This document shows, piece by piece, positions 58,227-64,000 of a DNA stretch of 64,000 bases. How positions within the stretch are numbered: position 1 is the first letter of the stretch; each line of letters starts with the position of its first letter. A program made the translations under genes and the position numbers. The notes under the pieces were generated by a model that ran no database searches, was not told where the DNA came from, and saw nothing but the letters and a program-made list of their open reading frames with translations. This DNA is from an uncultured bacterium (GTDB lineage Bacteria; Babelota; Babeliae; Babelales; RVW-14): contig CAVXAT010000005.1 of assembly GCA_963759805.1 (NCBI GenBank), positions 32,001-96,000 of the forward strand, in the 5' to 3' direction.

Positions 58227-60398
58227 ATGAAACAAGTTTTTTTGAAAAAAGGGCAGGTCAAGCTTTATCAAGTCGATATCCCACTACTTAATCAAAACAG
58301 TATTTTAGTAAGAGTCGACTACTCCTTTATTAGCAGTGGAACAGAATTTGCAACTGTTGCAGCATCAGGCAAATCACTCTTTGAGAAAGCGTATTCAAAT
58401 TTCAACCAGAATATGCAAAAGGTTACCGGAGCAATTAAGGATAACGGGCTTGCCGCAACTTTTGCCCTAATTCGTGAAAAACTTGATACGGTAATGCCAC
58501 TTGGATATTCATGCTCAGGACAGGTTATATCTGTTGGGAAAAATGTTGAAGGTTTTTTCGTAGGCGATTATGTCGCATGTGCTGGATCCGGACATGCAAA
58601 CCACGCAGATGTGGTAGTTGTACCCCAAAATTTAGCTGTAAAAATTCAAAATCCCGAGATGCTTAAACAGGCAAGTCTCACTACCATTGGAGCCATCGCC
58701 CTGCAAGGAATCCGACGTGCAAATCTTGAGTTGGGTCAAAAAGTTTGCGTTGTCGGCCTTGGCTTGATCGGACAGCTAACATTGCAGTTGGCAAAACTCT
58801 GCGGATGCCAGGTTTATGGGATTGACATTCAAGAATCTCGTTTGAATTTGGCAAAAAATCTAGGCGCTGATTTTGCTTTTAACCCCGCAACTAGTAACAT
58901 TATAAAAGAGATAGAATGGGCAACTGCAAATCACGGAGTTGACGTAACCATAATTACAGCTGCCGGTAAAGACGGACATATAATCCAGCAAGCAATGCAA
59001 ATGACTCGTCGCAAAGGAAAAGTCGTTCTGGTCGGTGACGTAAAAATTGATTTCGATCGTGACCCTTTTTATTCAAAAGAGATTGATTTTTTAATATCGT
59101 GTTCCTACGGCCCGGGCCGTTATGATGATGTTTATGAAAAACGCGGTGTTGACTACCCTTATGACTATGTTCGCTGGACAGAAAACAGGAATATGGAACT
59201 GTTTTCAAAACTCGTTCAAGAAAAAAAGATTTTAATTGACCCACTTGTCTCACAAGAGTTTGATTTAAGCGGCGTTGAAGCAGCTTATCAGTCACTACAA
59301 ACAAAAGAGTCGCTAGGTATAGTGCTTTGCTACAAAACAGCTAGAGAGAATTTAGAGCAAGAGATAGGCGCTAAGTTAAATCAAAATGAGCCCTGCGCAA
59401 CCAGTTTCGTACCCAGCAACAGTATAAACACAGGTTTTATTGGCATTGGTGGATTTAGCAAAACAAAACTGCTGCCAATTATTTCTAAAATTAAAAATGT
59501 ACAAATGCAAGCTATGGTAGATGCCAACTCAACAACTTTAATCAACGCTTCAAATTTGTACAAAGTCAAAAACACAAGCAATGATTATAAAACACTGATT
59601 AATGACAAAACCATAAATGCCGTCATAATCGCAACACCACATTATTTGCATGCAGACCAGGCAATTGATTGCATGACCGCAGGCAAGGCAGTTTTTGTTG
59701 AAAAACCCGCAGCGGTAAATTATGAACAACTCGAAAAATTAAAGCTGTTTTTGAATAACAACAGAGACGTTCTTTACTGCGTAGACTTCAACCGTTCTTT
59801 TTCGCCATTTATCAAAAAAATTAAAGCGACAGTCAACACCCGAAATAACCCATTAATCGTACACTACCGCATGAATGCCGGATTTATTCCCAAAGATCAC
59901 TGGTTAAACTCTCCCGATAATGGCGGCAGAATTATAGGCGAAGCTTGTCATATTTTTGAACTGTTCTGCTTTTTAACAAATTCAGAACCGGTATCCATAT
60001 CAGTTGAATCAATTAACTCAAATAATGATTCAGTTAAATCGGCTGACAACTTTGTTGCACAAATTCGCATGCAAGACGGATCCTGCTGCTCCCTACTTTA
60101 CACATCAGTTGGAAATGCAGAATCAGGAAAGGAACGAATGGAGCTCTTCTTCGACGGAAATTCAATTATTATGAACGACTTTTATGAACTTAATGGATTT
60201 GGCCTACCTAAAAATTTTGATATGCGTAGCAAAACCCAAGATAAAGGGCATGAATGTTTGTTACGTGAATTTTTTACCGCAGCTCAAATGCCAAATTTTC
60301 AACCACCTATCCCATTTGAACGAATCTTGCTGGCCACTGAAATCAGCTTGATTGTCGATGGGCTTGTCAGGGATGGCGGTGGGCACAGGCCATTGTAG
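58227..60398 (+). CDS. Bi-domain oxidoreductase (Zn-ADH-like plus Gfo/Idh/MocA)
   Basis: SFISSGTE, PLGYS, GLGLIGQL, SYGPGRYD, RWTENRNM; IATPHYLH, VFVEKP, GRIIGEACH. Confidence 0.92.
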   Translation: MKQVFLKKGQVKLYQVDIPLLNQNSILVRVDYSFISSGTEFATVAASGKSLFEKAYSNFNQNMQKVTGAIKDNGLAATFALIREKLDTVMPLGYSCSGQVISVGKNVEGFFVGDYVACAGSGHANHADVVVVPQNLAVKIQNPEMLKQASLTTIGAIALQGIRRANLELGQKVCVVGLGLIGQLTLQLAKLCGCQVYGIDIQESRLNLAKNLGADFAFNPATSNIIKEIEWATANHGVDVTIITAAGKDGHIIQQAMQMTRRKGKVVLVGDVKIDFDRDPFYSKEIDFLISCSYGPGRYDDVYEKRGVDYPYDYVRWTENRNMELFSKLVQEKKILIDPLVSQEFDLSGVEAAYQSLQTKESLGIVLCYKTARENLEQEIGAKLNQNEPCATSFVPSNSINTGFIGIGGFSKTKLLPIISKIKNVQMQAMVDANSTTLINASNLYKVKNTSNDYKTLINDKTINAVIIATPHYLHADQAIDCMTAGKAVFVEKPAAVNYEQLEKLKLFLNNNRDVLYCVDFNRSFSPFIKKIKATVNTRNNPLIVHYRMNAGFIPKDHWLNSPDNGGRIIGEACHIFELFCFLTNSEPVSISVESINSNNDSVKSADNFVAQIRMQDGSCCSLLYTSVGNAESGKERMELFFDGNSIIMNDFYELNGFGLPKNFDMRSKTQDKGHECLLREFFTAAQMPNFQPPIPFERILLATEISLIVDGLVRDGGGHRPL

Positions 60399-60500
60399 AC
60401 GCAAATTGCTGGAAATTCAAAGAAGTTATGCTATACTAGCCTGACTTTCATGCTGAATATATTGTATTAATAACAAATAGCTTAAATTTCAGAAGTTTTT

Positions 60501-61181
60501 ATGATAAAAAAATTAAAAATTTTATTATTTGGCTTAGCTTTAGTTTTGGCTCAACCTGCAACATTTGCACAAAGTGCTGAAAAAACACAAACCGTAGATA
60601 TTAAAGAAGAAACAGAAAAATGGCAGTTTATCGAAAAACATTTCGCCTCAGATTTGAATGCATTAAAATTTCAGCAAAAAATGGGTTCTTTTTGGGGGAA
60701 GCACTCTTCTTATGTGGCAGCTCCCACAGCCTGCGCACTTGCATCCTTTATGGCTCTACATTTAGATAAAAAGGATAGCATCTTCGCAAAACTAGATGAC
60801 AAAATTCTTGATACAATAGGGTATGCTTTTAATATAATCATAAATAGAGACGATCGACGCTATGCAGCTCTTACGATTATTACTATTGTAGAATTCATAA
60901 TTATTTTTTTAGTTATAAAGACAACACTAAAAGCTATCGGCAAAAGACTTGAAAATAAAGATGAACATTGTCTGCAACTATTAACAAATTTTTTAAACAA
61001 CTGGGAAAAAAATAAAGCACAAACTCCAGCATCGTTAATACCCATGTTCGAAACATTGGCAACATACAATCACATATCACGAAAACTCTTGCAAAAAACG
61101 GTTGATAAAGCTCTCGCAAAAAAGGTAGTAGACACCCTAATTGCAACTTCGTTAATATTCGTTAATAACAAATATTGCTAG
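60501..61181 (+). CDS. Tandem paralog family member 1 (signal peptide plus two hydrophobic segments)
   Basis: ETEKWQFIEK.FASDLN and LQLLTNFLNNW..NK.QTPASLIPMFE motifs shared by five adjacent genes. Confidence 0.85.
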   Translation: MIKKLKILLFGLALVLAQPATFAQSAEKTQTVDIKEETEKWQFIEKHFASDLNALKFQQKMGSFWGKHSSYVAAPTACALASFMALHLDKKDSIFAKLDDKILDTIGYAFNIIINRDDRRYAALTIITIVEFIIIFLVIKTTLKAIGKRLENKDEHCLQLLTNFLNNWEKNKAQTPASLIPMFETLATYNHISRKLLQKTVDKALAKKVVDTLIATSLIFVNNKYC

Positions 61182-61210
61182 TAATTCAAAAAAATGAGAA
61201 TTTCATCTTT

Positions 61211-61864
61211 ATGATAAAATTAAGAGTTTTTTTATTTAGTTTGGTCTTGGCTTTGACACAATTTACAATATTCGCACAAGACGAAATAACAAATTCAGAA
61301 ATAACCAATACCAAATATGAAACGGAAAAATGGCAATATATCGAAAAATATTTCGCCTCAGATTTGAATACATCAAAATTACAGCAAAAAGTGGGTGCTT
61401 TTTTGGATAAGCACTCTTCTTATGTGGCAGCTCCCGCTGCATGCGCAATTGCGTTCTTTATGGCTCTCTATTCAAATAACATAGATGATAACATTTTCGC
61501 ACAACTAGATTTCAAAATTCTTGAGACAATAGAGTACGCCTTTAAGATAACCCCGGAGAAAGACGAAAGACTCTACGCAGCATTAGCGAGTATTATTATT
61601 GTGAGACTCATAATTATTTTTTTAATTACAAACAAAATACTAAAAGATATAGGCAAAAGACTTGAAAATGAATATAGGCCTTGTCTACAACTATTAACAA
61701 ATTTTTTAAACAACTGGAAAGAAAATAAAGAGCAAACGCCAGCATCGTTAATCCCTATGTTCGAAAAATTAGCAACTGGTGATAACATATCAAAAGTAGA
61801 TGAAGCTCTTGCGAAAAAAATAGTAGATGCAATAATCACAACTTCGTTAATGAGACCTTTATGA
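61211..61864 (+). CDS. Tandem paralog family member 2
   Basis: Same shared motifs. Confidence 0.85.
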   Translation: MIKLRVFLFSLVLALTQFTIFAQDEITNSEITNTKYETEKWQYIEKYFASDLNTSKLQQKVGAFLDKHSSYVAAPAACAIAFFMALYSNNIDDNIFAQLDFKILETIEYAFKITPEKDERLYAALASIIIVRLIIIFLITNKILKDIGKRLENEYRPCLQLLTNFLNNWKENKEQTPASLIPMFEKLATGDNISKVDEALAKKIVDAIITTSLMRPL

Positions 61865-62655
61865 TGATAAAAAAATTAAAGATTTTGTTATTTGGTTTAG
61901 TTTTGGTTTTGACACAATTTGCAATATTTGCACAAAGTGAAGCCCCCAGTACAACGGACTTGGGTAATGAAGTAGAAATAACACCTGAAATTGTAACGCA
62001 GGCGATTAACGCTGCCACACAAGAAACACAAATAACAGCTGTTAAAGAAGAAACAGAAAAATGGCAGTTTATCGAAAAATACTTTGCTTCAGATTTGAAT
62101 ACGTCAAAATTACAACAAAAAGTGGGATTTTCTTTAAATAATTACTCATCTTATATAGCATTTCCTACCACATTCACATTGTCATGTTTTATGGCTCTCT
62201 ATGCAAGAGGTAGTGGTTATGATAATATTTTCGAAAAACTAGATAACAAGTTTCTTGATGCAATAAAGTACATTACAAAGCTAATTACAGATGCGCCAAC
62301 AACATCCGACTGGGAGGCTGAAAGGAACGCTAGGTGTTATACCGTTGGGGGGATGGGTAAAGTTTTGAGACCCATAATTATTTTTTTAGTTATAAACAAA
62401 ATACTAAAAGCTATCAGCAAAAAACTTGAAAATGAAGATGAACGCTCTCTGCAACTATTAACAGATTTTTTAAACAACTGGGAAAAAAATAAAGCACAAA
62501 CACCAACATCATTAATCCCTATGTTCGACGCATTGACAACAGAAAACAATATATCACGAAAGCCCTTCCAAAAAACGGTTGATAAAGCTCTTGCAAAAAA
62601 GATTGTAGCCGCAATAAGTGCAACCTCATTAATAATGAGGAGTTCATTATCATGA
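61861..62655 (+). CDS. Tandem paralog family member 3
   Basis: Same shared motifs; ATGA overlap with member 2. Confidence 0.85.
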   Translation: MMIKKLKILLFGLVLVLTQFAIFAQSEAPSTTDLGNEVEITPEIVTQAINAATQETQITAVKEETEKWQFIEKYFASDLNTSKLQQKVGFSLNNYSSYIAFPTTFTLSCFMALYARGSGYDNIFEKLDNKFLDAIKYITKLITDAPTTSDWEAERNARCYTVGGMGKVLRPIIIFLVINKILKAISKKLENEDERSLQLLTDFLNNWEKNKAQTPTSLIPMFDALTTENNISRKPFQKTVDKALAKKIVAAISATSLIMRSSLS

Positions 62656-63311
62656 AAAATTTAAAATTTTTTTTATTTGGTTTGGTTTTTGTTTTGACAC
62701 AATTTACAATATTTGCACAAGATGAAATAACAAATACAGAAACAACAAATGTTAAAGAAGAAACAGAAAAATGGCAGTTTATAGAAAAATATTTTACTTC
62801 AGATTTGAATCCATCAAAATTACAAAAAGTGGGGCTTTCTTTAAATAATTACTCATCTTACATAGCAGTTCCTACCACATGCAGATTGTTATGGTTTCCT
62901 GATAACATTTTCACAAAACTAAATATCCCAATTATTAATGCAATAAACGAAATTTTCTATAAAAACCTAAATATAAACATCGCAAACTATACTGAGTTTA
63001 GTCTTACTATTTTGGAATCTATAATTGTTTTTTTAATTACAAACAAGGTACTACAAGCTATCGGCAAAAGACTTGAAAATGAAGATGAACGTTGTCTGCA
63101 ACTATTAACGGATTTTGTGAATGGCTGGAAAGAAAATAAAGAGCAAACACCGGCATCGTTAATACCTATGTTCGAAACATTGACAACAGACGATAACATA
63201 TCACGAAAACCCTTGCAAAAAACGATTGATAAAGCTCTTGCAAAAAAAGTAGTCGCTGCTATAATTGCAACTTCGTTAATGATAGATAGTGCTAGTAATT
63301 CAAGAAAATAA
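62652..63311 (+). CDS. Tandem paralog family member 4
   Basis: Same shared motifs; ATGA overlap with member 3. Confidence 0.85.
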   Translation: MKNLKFFLFGLVFVLTQFTIFAQDEITNTETTNVKEETEKWQFIEKYFTSDLNPSKLQKVGLSLNNYSSYIAVPTTCRLLWFPDNIFTKLNIPIINAINEIFYKNLNINIANYTEFSLTILESIIVFLITNKVLQAIGKRLENEDERCLQLLTDFVNGWKENKEQTPASLIPMFETLTTDDNISRKPLQKTIDKALAKKVVAAIIATSLMIDSASNSRK

Positions 63312-63324
63312 GGAGTTTATTATT

Positions 63325-63987
63325 ATGAAAAATTTAAGATTTTTTTTATTTGGTTTGGTTTTGACGCAATTTACAATATTTGCACAAGAAGCAACGCCCA
63401 AAGCTGTGGAAGATGCCCAAACAGAAAGCATTGCATCTGAAGCAACACAAATCATTGAAGAAATCGCAACAAGCTCTGATGAAACAGAAAAATGGCAATT
63501 TATCGAAAAATATTTCGCCGCAGATTTGAACATATTAAAAATTCATCAAAAATTAGGTCGTTTTTTAGATAACTACTCTTCTTACATGGCAGCCTGTGTC
63601 ACGCCTTGGTCGGCATTGGTAGCAGTTGGAATTTTTGATAAAATTGAGAAGAAAATTAACATTAACATTAAAAATAATCGTGCTTGGGATTTATTTGAGC
63701 TGACAAATTGTTGTTGTATAGCACCTATAATTGGTTTTTTAATTACAAACAAAATACTAAAAGCTATCGGCGAAAAGCTTGAAAATGAAGATGAACGTTG
63801 TCTGCAACTATTAACAGATTTCTTAAACAACTGGGAAAAAAATAAAGCACAAACTCCCGCATCATTAATACCTATGTTCGAAAAACTAGCAACTGATAAT
63901 AACATATCAAAGGGTGATAAAGCTTTTGCACAAAAAATTGTGGAAACAATAATTGCAACTTCTTTAATGATAAATTCGGTCAAATGA
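63325..63987 (+). CDS. Tandem paralog family member 5
   Basis: Same shared motifs; AAGGAG RBS. Confidence 0.85.
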   Translation: MKNLRFFLFGLVLTQFTIFAQEATPKAVEDAQTESIASEATQIIEEIATSSDETEKWQFIEKYFAADLNILKIHQKLGRFLDNYSSYMAACVTPWSALVAVGIFDKIEKKININIKNNRAWDLFELTNCCCIAPIIGFLITNKILKAIGEKLENEDERCLQLLTDFLNNWEKNKAQTPASLIPMFEKLATDNNISKGDKAFAQKIVETIIATSLMINSVK

Positions 63988-64000
63988 TCTAAATAAAAGA

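Noticed and set aside
203..63983. Many short ORFs overlapping longer genes (e.g. 203-562, 3768-4139, 26860-27309, 57720-58271, 63582-63983)
   Set aside because: Antisense or alternate-frame shadows of motif-supported CDSs, with no recognisable motifs.
60501..63987. Diversity-generating retroelement behind the paralog variation
   Set aside because: No reverse transcriptase or TR/VR pair; the variation includes indels and is not visibly adenine-restricted.

Overview
AT-rich bacterial chromosome segment, most consistent with a protist-associated intracellular bacterium such as Ca. Dependentiae/Babelota (TM6). This taxonomy is inferred from gene content only. Housekeeping genes (rnhB, murE, two SurA-like chaperones, mltA, recO-like, mscS, ssrA, brnQ, pheT, lspA, ugd/wecB/wecC sugar genes) are interspersed with many eukaryote-like enzymes, most with signal peptides: an RBR-type E3 ligase, a HECT-like E3 ligase, a USP deubiquitinase, a protease+RING protein, a cPLA2-type phospholipase, an ankyrin-cyclin fusion, a PPP phosphatase and a caspase/CPD-like protease. 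The main signal is that five otherwise unrelated effector-like enzymes, spread over 53 kb, carry the same 33-aa five-heptad Leu/Lys zipper at either the mature N-terminus or the extreme C-terminus. This is a candidate portable docking, sorting or assembly tag. Also present: a 1729-bp IS3-family element with two orfA genes, TA ends and a 3-bp target duplication that splits a beta-helix gene; nested short palindromic repeats, one in frame inside a glycosyltransferase; two TA modules; three +1 frameshifts; and a mosaic five-gene tandem paralog array. All family assignments are by eye from motifs; no searches were run.
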